Counted from the first letter of the stretch, positions 35,768-45,157 are shown. The stretch is DNA of 64,000 nucleotides from Eubacteriales bacterium (GCA_045127235.1 JBGVPY010000022.1:264-64263), one strand, 5' to 3'. The notes: generated by a model not told the origin, from the letters alone. Program-made: numbers and translations.

Positions 35768-36241
35768 TTATTTCGATACATACCACGCTTGTTTATTATA
35801 TTCATCCCATTCTATGCTTGCATTTTTAAAGTTAAAGCAAACTGTAAAAAATGGATCTTTTGACATTGCATCAATAAAATAGGTATTTGGCTCTTTTTCA
35901 CCTAAATCATATATTGTTAGACCGTTTTTCAATTGTTCTAAAAAACGAGCACGTGCATACTCGTCGGTTAAAGTAATCTGTGGTTCGGTAGGATGAAACT
36001 CGCCGTGTTCGTCTTCTTTCCAGGCTACCCCTGGTTCATAGGACAACAAATTGAACTCTTCAAAGGTAATGTAGGCAAGGTTGATTTCCATATCGGTTAC
36101 ATGTTGGTTTTGCTCTGCGTCTTTATGAATATTTAAGTAAATTGCCTTAACTCTTAAGCATTTGTTGTCAAAGATCTCAAGTGCAAATTCTGCATCATGA
36201 AATTCGAAATCAGAGAGTTTATTAACAGAAATGTATTTCAT
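35768..36241 (-). CDS. Hypothetical protein (157 aa from the ATG with RBS AAAGGAG)
   Basis: Track ORF 35768-36262. The minus-strand terminator hairpin aaagactaag/cttagtcttt plus T-run lies near 35648-35680. Confidence 0.5.
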   Translation of the reverse strand: MKYISVNKLSDFEFHDAEFALEIFDNKCLRVKAIYLNIHKDAEQNQHVTDMEINLAYITFEEFNLLSYEPGVAWKEDEHGEFHPTEPQITLTDEYARARFLEQLKNGLTIYDLGEKEPNTYFIDAMSKDPFFTVCFNFKNASIEWDEYNKQAWYVSK

Positions 36242-36307
36242 ACAATTGCACTCCTTTGTCAAATTTAATGTTGTTGAAATTATTATACCATAATTTTATA
36301 AATAAAT

Positions 36308-36493
36308 CAAGGCGTAAGCCTTGTATATCATCAATTCCGCAAGGAATTGCATATCATCAATACGGAGTGTTGTATATCATCAAGCCGCAGAAAAATACAC
36401 GCTGGCGCGTGATGAGATGCAAGGGCGGCTCGCCGCCCTTGATGATATGCACCGCACTTCGTGCGGCGATGATATGCCAAGCCTGCGGCTTGG
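36308..36493 (+). repeat. Array of 3 direct + 3 inverted ATATCATCAA motifs interleaved with GC-rich hairpins (structured RNA or iteron array)
   Basis: Motifs at 36324, 36350, 36373 (direct) and 36410, 36441, 36468 (inverted). Hairpins carry GTAA, GCAA, CTCG, TTC and TGC loops. Confidence 0.6.
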
Positions 36494-36500
36494 ATAAACA

Positions 36501-36538
36501 AAAAAGGAACTTTTGGTATACAAAAGTTCCTTTTTTGT
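36501..36538. terminator. Bidirectional intrinsic terminator (serves tRNA-Leu and any + strand RNA)
   Basis: aaggaacttttg-gtata-caaaagttcctt flanked by A-run and T-run. Confidence 0.7.
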
Positions 36539-36621
36539 TGGTGCGAGAAACGGGACTTGAACCCGTACGGTTGCCCACACGCCCCTCAAACGTGCGCGTC
36601 TGCCGATTCCGCCACTCTCGC
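36539..36621 (-). tRNA. tRNA-Leu (anticodon GAG), class II, CCA encoded
   Basis: Reverse complement is GCGAGAG-TG-GCGGAATCGGCAGACGCG-CACGT-TTGAGGG-GCGTG-variable arm-ACGGG-TTCAAGT-CCCGT-TTCTCGC-ACCA. Confidence 0.9.
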
Positions 36622-36831
36622 ATATATGTGGTCTTGCGACCTTGCTTGACTATTATACTAAAACAAATGCCATTTGTCAAGTCTTTTTTGAAATTTTTTT
36701 AATAATTTTTTAAATGATTAAATTTCCGTTATTTAAAGCATTATGCATATTTTTTAGAAAGAAATATTGCAACATTTCCAAATTTGTGATATTATATAAG
36801 TTGATATATATCTTAAAGGATTTTTTAAACT

Positions 36832-38133
36832 ATGAAAAAAGATTTAAAAACGAAGCTGATTAACAGAAAAATAAGAAAGCCTAATTGGTTTCTTATGACG
36901 TTTGTTATGTCGGTGCTTGGATTTCTCAATTGGAGATATAAAGTAAAATTCAAATATGATTATGACCATAGGTCCTTAAAGAAGCAGCCTGTTATTTTAC
37001 TTTCATCACATGCATCAAGGCTTGAATTTATATATTCGCTTTACGGATTTAAGCGCAAGGATATAAATATGGTATGCGGATACCAAAACATATTATCTAA
37101 GGGGCTGTATCGCTTATTTATAGGTTTAGGTGTAATTTCTAAATACTTATATCAGCCTGATTTAATGTGTGTTAAGAGCATGCTTAAGGTATTAAAAAGA
37201 AATGGTGCTTTAGGTCTTTTTCCTGAGGGAATTCAATCTACAAGCGGAAGCACACATCCGATAAATCCTGCAACTGCTCAATTTATTAAGCGAAGCAAAT
37301 CAAATATTGTGGTTGCTACATCAAAGGGCGCTTATTTAGCCACTAACAGATATTCATCTGACCGTAAGAGGGGATATATCGGTATTGAGTATTCTCTGCT
37401 CTTTACTCCCGAAATGCTAGAGAGCTTAAGTGAAAATGAAATTTATACTATGCTTCTTGAAAAAATCAAATATAATGATTTTGAATTTAATAAGATAGCA
37501 CGCAATAAGTACATAGGCAAAAAGCCAAATGCATACTGCATTGATAAAATACTTTATAAATGTCCTAACTGTAATGATGAGCACACACTATATGTTGAAA
37601 ATGATGAAATTATATGTAAAGAGTGTGGTCTTAAAATAAGGGTAAACGAATATTACGATTTAATAAGTAATGATAACAAAAAAGCGCCAGCCAGTATAGA
37701 TGAATGGTACAAATGGCAACGGCGCTGTGTTGCTAATGAGGTTAAAAGTGATGATTTCAGCTTAGAGCTTAACGGAAGCATTTGCACACTATATCTTGAC
37801 AAATTAAGAAAAGAGCCGAAAAACAGAAATGTTTTATCTGTTGGTTGTGCTAAGCTGACAAATCAAGGTCTTTATTTTAAAGGTTTTTTAAATGGGGAGC
37901 AGGTTGATTTTAGCTTTGATGCAAAATCCATTTATTCTCTTACATTTTCGACCACGGGATTTTTGGAATTTTATCACAACAATGATTATTATATGATAAT
38001 TCCAGACAACAAGGATGAGGGTCTTATAAAGTGGACCTTAGCATCTGAGGAAATACATAATCTTTACGACAAGAGATGGAGAGATGCTTGTCTTGATGTA
38101 TATGATTATGAAAAAGGAGAGATTTATGAGTAA
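36832..38133 (+). CDS. Lysophospholipid acyltransferase (PlsC-like) family protein with internal zinc-ribbon
   Basis: N-terminal TM, SSHASRLEF (HX4D/E-like), FPEG block, CPNC...CKEC ribbon. 433 aa. Confidence 0.6.
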   Translation: MKKDLKTKLINRKIRKPNWFLMTFVMSVLGFLNWRYKVKFKYDYDHRSLKKQPVILLSSHASRLEFIYSLYGFKRKDINMVCGYQNILSKGLYRLFIGLGVISKYLYQPDLMCVKSMLKVLKRNGALGLFPEGIQSTSGSTHPINPATAQFIKRSKSNIVVATSKGAYLATNRYSSDRKRGYIGIEYSLLFTPEMLESLSENEIYTMLLEKIKYNDFEFNKIARNKYIGKKPNAYCIDKILYKCPNCNDEHTLYVENDEIICKECGLKIRVNEYYDLISNDNKKAPASIDEWYKWQRRCVANEVKSDDFSLELNGSICTLYLDKLRKEPKNRNVLSVGCAKLTNQGLYFKGFLNGEQVDFSFDAKSIYSLTFSTTGFLEFYHNNDYYMIIPDNKDEGLIKWTLASEEIHNLYDKRWRDACLDVYDYEKGEIYE

Positions 38134-39604
38134 CAAGGAAATAGATGTAAAGGTTAAATTTGGTCTTAAAAGCTTTATTACGGTTGTTGCAATATTATTT
38201 GTTGTTTTATTTGTTGTTGGTATTCTTACATTTGTTATACCAGCAGGACAATATACAATTTACACCACCGATATATCAAAGGCAGAGCTTCCATTTTATG
38301 AATATACTACCGATGAATCATTAAATAAGCAAATTGTGGTTGACTCTTACCGAGAGCTTACTGATGAAGAAAATTCAACAAGGCTCCCTGTATGGAGATG
38401 GATATTATCTCCATTTGAAGCTTTGATTTTTGGAAGCAATAGCTCAAATATGATAATGATTATTGCTCTGCTTTTAGTTCTTGGCGGTACATTCAAGGTG
38501 CTTGAGGAAAGCGGCGGACTTGTTTCTCTTGTGAGAGTTATTATGGTTAAGCTTCAATCTAAGCGATTTGCAGCCATTTGGGCAATTACGGCTGTTATTA
38601 TGATTTTATCTGCTGTTTTTGGTCTTCAAGAGCAATTACTTATTTTATATCCTGTGTTTGCAATGCTTTGCACGGCTCTTAACTGGTCAAGATTTACAGC
38701 TATTTCATTTGTACTAATTTCTTCCGGTGTTGGCTTCACTACTGCTATTACAAATCCGTTAACTATTGGTACAGCATCAATCGCGGCAGGCGTTAATGTA
38801 ACTGATGGCATTTGGTACAGAATTATAATTTTCTGTGTAATGTATGTTGTTACATCCTTATTCTTAACTGCTTTAGCTAAGCGTGATGAAAGAAAGGCTA
38901 CTGATAAATTTGATGTTCAAGGCTTTATAGATGTTTCAAATGATGAGCATGCTGCTGATATCAGCAAAGCAAAAATGATAGTTGTTTTGTTTTCAATAGC
39001 TCTTCTTTCGGTTATTATAACAACTATAATTCCTTCACTTAGATCACTTGCTATGGTATTTATGGCGGTTGCATTTATCGCCGGAACTGTTATTATCGGT
39101 AGAATTTTATTAGGCTCATACAAAAAGCTTGGAATTAGCTTTATAAATGGTGTTAAGGATGTGCTTCCATCAATCGTAATTATTATGGTTGCATTCGGTA
39201 TTACATATATAGCGCAGCAGGGCAATATATTACATACTATTTTCTATTATTTTTATAATTCAGTAACAAACATTTCCCCTTATCTTGCGGTTGTTATTTT
39301 ATATGCTTTTGTGCTTATTGTTGAATTCTTTATTCCAAGTGCATCTGCTAAGGCGGTTTTAATTATTCCTATGCTAACTCTTGCGCCTATTGAGGGAATT
39401 AGCAAGACTGTTATTATTCTTACATATTTATTTGCTGATGGATATACAAATGTTTTATATCCTACATGCGGTACGCTTCTTGTTGGAATAGGTCTTGCAA
39501 ATGTTAGCTTTGCAGAATGGTTCAAGAAAACAATTCTTTTCCAATTATTATTATTTGCAATTTCACTAGGATTTTTAATGCTAGCGGTTTTCATCGGTCT
39601 TTGA
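38126..39604 (+). CDS. YfcC/DcuC-like polytopic membrane transporter
   Basis: About 12 TM. ATG at 38126 follows AAAAGGAGAG; the track start at 38084 lies inside the upstream gene. Confidence 0.6.
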   Translation: MSNKEIDVKVKFGLKSFITVVAILFVVLFVVGILTFVIPAGQYTIYTTDISKAELPFYEYTTDESLNKQIVVDSYRELTDEENSTRLPVWRWILSPFEALIFGSNSSNMIMIIALLLVLGGTFKVLEESGGLVSLVRVIMVKLQSKRFAAIWAITAVIMILSAVFGLQEQLLILYPVFAMLCTALNWSRFTAISFVLISSGVGFTTAITNPLTIGTASIAAGVNVTDGIWYRIIIFCVMYVVTSLFLTALAKRDERKATDKFDVQGFIDVSNDEHAADISKAKMIVVLFSIALLSVIITTIIPSLRSLAMVFMAVAFIAGTVIIGRILLGSYKKLGISFINGVKDVLPSIVIIMVAFGITYIAQQGNILHTIFYYFYNSVTNISPYLAVVILYAFVLIVEFFIPSASAKAVLIIPMLTLAPIEGISKTVIILTYLFADGYTNVLYPTCGTLLVGIGLANVSFAEWFKKTILFQLLLFAISLGFLMLAVFIGL

Positions 39605-39624
39605 TTAAATATATTTACTTTGAA

Positions 39625-39669
39625 TAAAAAAACGGAGCAAACGATTCATTTCGTTTGCTCCGTTTTTTG
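39625..39669. terminator. Bidirectional intrinsic terminator
   Basis: aacggagcaaacga-ttcatt-tcgtttgctccgtt with flanking A and T runs. Confidence 0.75.
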
Positions 39670-39678
39670 CATTACCTA

Positions 39679-39804
39679 TTAGCAATTAATTAATGTAACA
39701 ACGATTGTTGCTATTGAGCCGATAACCATAAGTCCAGCTAAAATTCCGCAAAGAATTCTAGTTGCGCCAAGTTTAACCTTCTTGCGCTCGTTTTTGTTTG
39801 CCAT
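39679..39804 (-). CDS. Small membrane peptide (41 aa), not in ORF track
   Basis: MANKNERKKVKLGATRILCGILAGLMVIGSIATIVVTLINC. ATG is 5 nt after the upstream stop. A GGAGGA inside the upstream gene end serves as RBS. Confidence 0.4.
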   Translation of the reverse strand: MANKNERKKVKLGATRILCGILAGLMVIGSIATIVVTLINC

Positions 39805-39808
39805 TTCT

Positions 39809-42058
39809 CTAATCCTCCAAATCCTCTATTTTAAGTTGTTTTTTTGCTATGTTTTTATGATTCATTAAAACTCCTGTTGCAGGAATTTTTAATTTTCTAT
39901 AAGAAGCTGCATCGGGATATTTCTTAGAATAATCGCCACATACCTCAGTGATTTTTTGTTTTTTCTTTAAGTTCATTGCAAATACAGTTGTACCTACCGA
40001 TGTTCTAGTTGTCTTAATTGGAATAAGTGATGGGCGAATTAAAATTGCCTTAGACTCAGAATTGATAATCAAAACTGGCTCATCATCCTTGCCTTCCCAT
40101 ACTATACCAACTATTGGAGAAGTATCGGTAAATGCTTTTTTAAGCTTTTTCCTTGCACCCTGTGTCGCATATTGGCTTGCTGGTACTCTTACCGCCTTAC
40201 CATTTTCAAACACGAAAATAATATTTTGATTTTCATCAAAATTAGGATTTATCTTCATAAATACAGGCTTTTCATCAGCCTCAAAATTAAGCTTTTTAGG
40301 TACATATACGCCCATTTCCGAAGCCTTTGATAATTCAAAGTCGGAGATTTTTGCAAAGTAAAGCTGAGCCTTGTTTGTAAAGAATATTACCTCATCCTTA
40401 TTATTAACATCAGCCTCAAATACAAGCTCATCATCTTCCTTGAATTTTTGCTCGGAATTTCCGCGTAATGACTGCTGAGTAATTTTCTTTAAATAGCCAT
40501 CCTTGGTATAGAACAATCTTGCAACATAATCTTCAATCATTATTTCCTTATCAAAGGATACGATGCTTGATGCATCTATAATATCTGTTCTTCTAGGCTT
40601 AGCATATTTCTTTTTAATAACTGTAAGCTGCTTTACGATTTGAGCCTTTAATTTTAGGTCATCGCTTAAAATTTCATTATAGAAAGCAATTTCCTTTCTA
40701 AGCTCTTCAATTTCAGTAAGTCTATTTAGGATATATTCTCTATTAAGGTGGCGAAGCTTAATTTCAGCAATATATTCTGCCTGTTCCTTATCAATACCGA
40801 AGCCTGTCATAAGGTTTGGTACTACATCCTCATCCTTTTCTGTTTCCTTAACTATCTTTACAGCTTTATCAATATCAAGAAGGATTTTGCTAAGGCCTAA
40901 GAGTAAGTGAAGCTTAGCGTTTTTCTTAGCAAGCTCAAATGTATATTCTCTTGTTAGGCACTCTTTTCTAAAGCGTATCCATTCAACTAATATTCCGCGG
41001 ATACCAAGCTGTCTTGGTGCGCCATCAATAAGAACGTTGAAGTTACATGCGAAGTTATCTTCCATTGTTGTGAACTTATAGAGCTTTTGCATAACCTGCT
41101 CAGGGTCCATGCCCTTCTTTAGGTCAATGGTAAGCTTTAAGCCCTTAATATCGGTTTCATCACGAACCTCGTTAATTTCCTTTAGCTTGCCTTCCTTATA
41201 AAGCTCGGAGATTTCCTTCATTATAGCTTCAACGGTTGTTGAATAAGGAATTTCTGTAATATCTATACAGTTTGCCTTTTCATCATATGTATATTTGCCA
41301 CGAAGTCTAATTGGGCCCTTACCTGTTTCATATACTCTCTTGATTTGCTCTCTATCGTAAACAACCGTACCGCCACACGGGAAGTCAGGGGCTTTTACAA
41401 TTTCCATTATTTTATCAATATCAGTTCTTGGAGCTCTTAAAAGTGCTATTGTAGCATCGCAAATTTCGCCTAAATTGAAGGAGCAAATTGATGAAGCAAG
41501 ACCAACGGCAATACCCATATTAGCAGACACTAAAATATTTGGGAAGGTGGTTGGCAATAGTCTTGGCTCTTTCATTGTACTATCGTAGTTATCTACCATA
41601 TCAACAGCATTTTTGTCAATGCCTGAAAATACCTCTGTGCAGAACGAGTCAAGCTTTGCCTCGGTATATCTTGATGCGGCAAATGCCATTGTACTGTATT
41701 GCTTACCGAATGAACCCTTAGAGTCAATAAAAGGATGTAAAAGCGCTTCGTTACCTCTTGTTAAACGAACCATTGTTTCGTAAATTGACATATCGCCATG
41801 AGGATTGAGCTTCATGGTTTCGCCTACAATGTTGGCGCTTTTTGTTCTATGACCGTTTAAAAGTCCCATTTTATACATAGTATAAAGGAGCTTTCTATGA
41901 GATGGCTTAAAGCCGTCAATTTCAGGAATTGCACGAGATACCATTACGCTTACTGCATATGGCATATAGTTAGTTTCAATGGTTTCAGTTATAGGTTGAA
42001 CGAAGGGTTCTCTTTCAATGTATTCTGCTTTTTCCTGCTTTTTCTTTGTCCTTGCCAT
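39809..42058 (-). CDS. Type IIA DNA topoisomerase subunit A (ParC/GyrA family)
   Basis: YMPYAVSVMVSRAIPEIDGFKPSHRKLLY and NPHGD motifs, catalytic Tyr region, C-terminal beta-pinwheel-length tail. 749 aa. Confidence 0.85.
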   Translation of the reverse strand: MARTKKKQEKAEYIEREPFVQPITETIETNYMPYAVSVMVSRAIPEIDGFKPSHRKLLYTMYKMGLLNGHRTKSANIVGETMKLNPHGDMSIYETMVRLTRGNEALLHPFIDSKGSFGKQYSTMAFAASRYTEAKLDSFCTEVFSGIDKNAVDMVDNYDSTMKEPRLLPTTFPNILVSANMGIAVGLASSICSFNLGEICDATIALLRAPRTDIDKIMEIVKAPDFPCGGTVVYDREQIKRVYETGKGPIRLRGKYTYDEKANCIDITEIPYSTTVEAIMKEISELYKEGKLKEINEVRDETDIKGLKLTIDLKKGMDPEQVMQKLYKFTTMEDNFACNFNVLIDGAPRQLGIRGILVEWIRFRKECLTREYTFELAKKNAKLHLLLGLSKILLDIDKAVKIVKETEKDEDVVPNLMTGFGIDKEQAEYIAEIKLRHLNREYILNRLTEIEELRKEIAFYNEILSDDLKLKAQIVKQLTVIKKKYAKPRRTDIIDASSIVSFDKEIMIEDYVARLFYTKDGYLKKITQQSLRGNSEQKFKEDDELVFEADVNNKDEVIFFTNKAQLYFAKISDFELSKASEMGVYVPKKLNFEADEKPVFMKINPNFDENQNIIFVFENGKAVRVPASQYATQGARKKLKKAFTDTSPIVGIVWEGKDDEPVLIINSESKAILIRPSLIPIKTTRTSVGTTVFAMNLKKKQKITEVCGDYSKKYPDAASYRKLKIPATGVLMNHKNIAKKQLKIEDLED

Positions 42059-42059
42059 T

Positions 42060-43088
42060 TTATCCTCCTATTACTCTGTGCGCGCAAGCGCGTATCATTC
42101 TGTTGTAAATTGCCAATGATTCTCCATCATCAGATGGAAGGTGCGCATAAACGGTTTCAACCTTTAAGTCATCCGCCTTGCGCAGTAGGTCAAACAATCT
42201 TTTTGTTTGTTCCTTAATATCTTCTTTTTTGCCTACCGCTAAAAGATTTTTGTTTTCTAGAAGCGTTACTTCCTCATCATAGCACATAATTGCGCAATTT
42301 TCAGTTTTTTGCTTCTCTTTTGCTAATTCAATAAAATCTACCGTTTTATCATTAACCAAATACAAATTAGCCTTTGGTGCATAATGCTTGTACTTCATGC
42401 CTGGGGAAAGTGCTGTTTCGCCTTGCTTTAGCTCCTCTTTAACTGCATTTGCAATAGTTACATTTTCGCATACTGCTTTTAGCATTTCAACAGTTATTGC
42501 ACCCGGGCGAAGCAGGATAATTGAATTATCGGTAATGGAAATTACCGTTGACTCAACGCCTACCTCACATTCTCCACCATCAAGGATAAGTGGAATTCTT
42601 CCATTCATATCATCAAAAACATGCTTTGCGGTTGTTGGGGACGGCTTTCCCGATGTATTTGCAGAGGGGGCGGCTATTGGAATCCCTGCAATTTCAATAA
42701 GCTTATTTGCTACCTTATGGATTGGGCATCTTATGGCTACCGTATTAAGCCCTGCTGTTACCTCATAGGGAATTATATCCCTTTTAGGAATAATTACGGT
42801 AAGAGGTCCGGGCATGAATTTTTCTGCTAATTTATAATATAAGTTGTTTGTGTAAGCAATTTTCTCGGCATCCTGCGGCTTTGATATATGCACAATTAAA
42901 GGATTGTCGTTTGGTCTGCCCTTTGCCTTAAAAATATTAAGGCAGGCATTTTTATTAAGAGCGTTAGCTCCTAATCCATAGACAGTTTCCGTTGGTATTG
43001 CAACTAACTCGCCGTCGTTTAATAGCTTAGAAGCTTTATTTAGCTCTAATATACTATTTTCTGTTACCTTGAAAATTTCGGTTTTCAT
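42060..43088 (-). CDS. tsaC: L-threonylcarbamoyladenylate synthase (Sua5/YwlC type)
   Basis: YrdC-like N-domain (PTETVYGLGA, KGRP.DNPLIVH) plus the Sua5 C-terminal domain. 342 aa. Confidence 0.85.
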   Translation of the reverse strand: MKTEIFKVTENSILELNKASKLLNDGELVAIPTETVYGLGANALNKNACLNIFKAKGRPNDNPLIVHISKPQDAEKIAYTNNLYYKLAEKFMPGPLTVIIPKRDIIPYEVTAGLNTVAIRCPIHKVANKLIEIAGIPIAAPSANTSGKPSPTTAKHVFDDMNGRIPLILDGGECEVGVESTVISITDNSIILLRPGAITVEMLKAVCENVTIANAVKEELKQGETALSPGMKYKHYAPKANLYLVNDKTVDFIELAKEKQKTENCAIMCYDEEVTLLENKNLLAVGKKEDIKEQTKRLFDLLRKADDLKVETVYAHLPSDDGESLAIYNRMIRACAHRVIGG

Positions 43089-43102
43089 TTTTACTTCTTT
43101 CT

Positions 43103-44170
43103 TTATTGGTTTCCGCCCTTAAGCTTCTCTGCTGCATCTGCGGTTGCTAATTTTTCAAGCATTTCGCCGATATCGCCATTTAAGAACGCTTCAAGGGAAT
43201 AAATTGTATAGCCGATTCTATGGTCGGTTACACGGCTTTGTTGATAGTTGTAGGTTCTGATTTTTTCACTTCTATCGCCTGTACCAACCTGACTTTTTCT
43301 TTCTGATGCAATTTTGTCATTTTGCTCACGAACCTTAATGTCGTAAAGCTTTGTTCTTAAAATTTTAAACGCCTTGTCCTTGTTCTTAAACTGGCTTCTT
43401 TCATCCTGACATTCAACAACAATTCCTGTTGGCTTATGGATAAGACGGATAGCGGATTCAGTCTTATTTACATGCTGACCGCCTGCTCCACTTGATTTAC
43501 AGGTTTCAACGATAACATCGCCCATGTTAAGTTCAACCTCAACATCCTCTGCCTCAGGTAAAACGGCAACGGTTGCTGTTGATGTTTGAACTCTGCCCTG
43601 TGATTCTGTTTCAGGTACTCTTTGAACTCTGTGAACGCCGCTTTCAAACTTAAAGCGTGAATATGCGCTCTCGCCTGAAATCATAAATGTAACTTCCTTA
43701 AAGCCCTTTAATCCTGTTTCATTTGCGCTGGTAAGCTCAAATTTAAAGCCATTAGCTTGGGCGTACATTGAGTACATTCTATATAGGTCATAAGCAAAGA
43801 GGGCTGCCTCCTCGCCGCCTGCACCTGCGCGGATTTCAACAACAACGTTTTTGTCATCGTTAGGGTCTTTAGGTATAAGAAGAATCTTTAATTCTTCCTC
43901 AATAACCTCAATTTTAGCCTTGCAATCCTTATATTCCTCAACGGCAATATCGTACATTTCGCCGCTTTCCTCTTCCATAAGGAATTTTGCGCCCTCCATA
44001 TCGCTTTCAGTTTTCTTGTACTCACGGTACTTTTCAATGATTGGAGTTAAATTCTTATATTCCTTCATTAAAGAAGTGAAAAGCTGTTGATTTGATACGG
44101 TTTCGGGGTCTTCAAGGCTTTTTTCTATTTCTTTATATCTGTTTTCTGCTTCTAAAAGTTTATTAAACAT
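43103..44170 (-). CDS. prfA: Peptide chain release factor 1
   Basis: GGQ motif (SGAGGQHVNK) and PxT-type tripeptide PET. 355 aa. Confidence 0.95.
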   Translation of the reverse strand: MFNKLLEAENRYKEIEKSLEDPETVSNQQLFTSLMKEYKNLTPIIEKYREYKKTESDMEGAKFLMEEESGEMYDIAVEEYKDCKAKIEVIEEELKILLIPKDPNDDKNVVVEIRAGAGGEEAALFAYDLYRMYSMYAQANGFKFELTSANETGLKGFKEVTFMISGESAYSRFKFESGVHRVQRVPETESQGRVQTSTATVAVLPEAEDVEVELNMGDVIVETCKSSGAGGQHVNKTESAIRLIHKPTGIVVECQDERSQFKNKDKAFKILRTKLYDIKVREQNDKIASERKSQVGTGDRSEKIRTYNYQQSRVTDHRIGYTIYSLEAFLNGDIGEMLEKLATADAAEKLKGGNQ

Positions 44171-44191
44171 ATAAAACCTATCTATTTTGAA

Positions 44192-45157
44192 TTATGCTTT
44201 CTTTACTAAGTGAATTGCAAAGCCTGCGATTTCCTCTTTGAGGTAAATGATTTTAAGGTTGCCCTTATCAGCATAGCCGGCAGTTTCATCAATAAACTCA
44301 ATGCCTTGGCTTTCAAGATATGCTTTTGCTCTATCAGGGAAGTTTGTTGCGATTGCGATATGACCGTTCTTGCCGTAGTATGGTGTATGCATAAGCTCAA
44401 ATTCGCTACCGCAGAAGGTTGACTTATTGCCTTCCTTGTAGTCAAGACCGAATAATGTGCAAATAAGCTTTGCGCTTGATGTTGCGCTTTCCTTGTTTTC
44501 GCAGTTGATGCCGATGTGTGCAAGCTTAAAGCCGAGCATTTTCATAACTGCGCTCTTTGTGAGCTTTGTGATTTCCTCAAAGTTGCCTGCATCAATAAGT
44601 GAGTCCTTAACCATAAAGCTACCGCCACATGCGATAATTTTATTGAAAGCAAGGTATGCAAGCATATTTTCCTCGTTAATGCCGCCTGTTGGCATAAACA
44701 TAAGGTTGCCGTATGGGGCGCTCATGGACTTAATCATATTAAGACCGCCTGCTGCCTCAGCTGGGAAGAACTTAACTGCCTTTAAGCCAAGCTCTAATGC
44801 TTGTTCAACCTCGCTTGGTGTTGCACAGCCTGGAAGCACTGGAACGCCTCTTTCAATGCAATGCTTAACTACTCTTGGGTTAAGACCTGGAGATACGATA
44901 AACTTTGAGCCTGCTGCGATTGCCTCATCTGCTTGCTCAGGAGTTAAGATTGTGCCTGCACCAACAAGCATGTCAGGAACCGCCTTTGTAATTTCAGCGA
45001 TGGCTTCCTTTGCGCAAGCTGTTCTAAATGTAATTTCTGCACAGTTAAGACCGCCTGCCTTTAAAGCCTTAGCAAGTGGAACTGCATTTTCAACCTTAGT
45101 AATTTTAATAACAGGAACTAATCCAAAATCGTGAAGCTGTTCAAAAATATCTTTCAT
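44192..45157 (-). CDS. eda: KHG/KDPG aldolase fused to a C-terminal glyoxalase/VOC-like domain
   Basis: N-terminal ~205 aa carry Eda motifs (GLNCAEITFRT, GAGTILT, KFFPA). There is an extra ~110-aa C-terminal domain. Confidence 0.7.
   Translation of the reverse strand: MKDIFEQLHDFGLVPVIKITKVENAVPLAKALKAGGLNCAEITFRTACAKEAIAEITKAVPDMLVGAGTILTPEQADEAIAAGSKFIVSPGLNPRVVKHCIERGVPVLPGCATPSEVEQALELGLKAVKFFPAEAAGGLNMIKSMSAPYGNLMFMPTGGINEENMLAYLAFNKIIACGGSFMVKDSLIDAGNFEEITKLTKSAVMKMLGFKLAHIGINCENKESATSSAKLICTLFGLDYKEGNKSTFCGSEFELMHTPYYGKNGHIAIATNFPDRAKAYLESQGIEFIDETAGYADKGNLKIIYLKEEIAGFAIHLVKKA

Noticed and set aside
36256-36702. 148-aa (+), 107-aa (-) and 69-aa (-) ORFs in the track
   Set aside because: All overlap tRNA-Leu, its terminator and the palindromic motif array. 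The mirrored ORFs on both strands are an artefact of the inverted repeats.
44457-45134. 225-aa + strand ORF (also 44206-44523 and 44210-44422)
   Set aside because: It is antisense to the eda-fusion gene, which has clear family motifs. Its A/S/P/L-rich composition is typical of a shadow frame, and it has no RBS.
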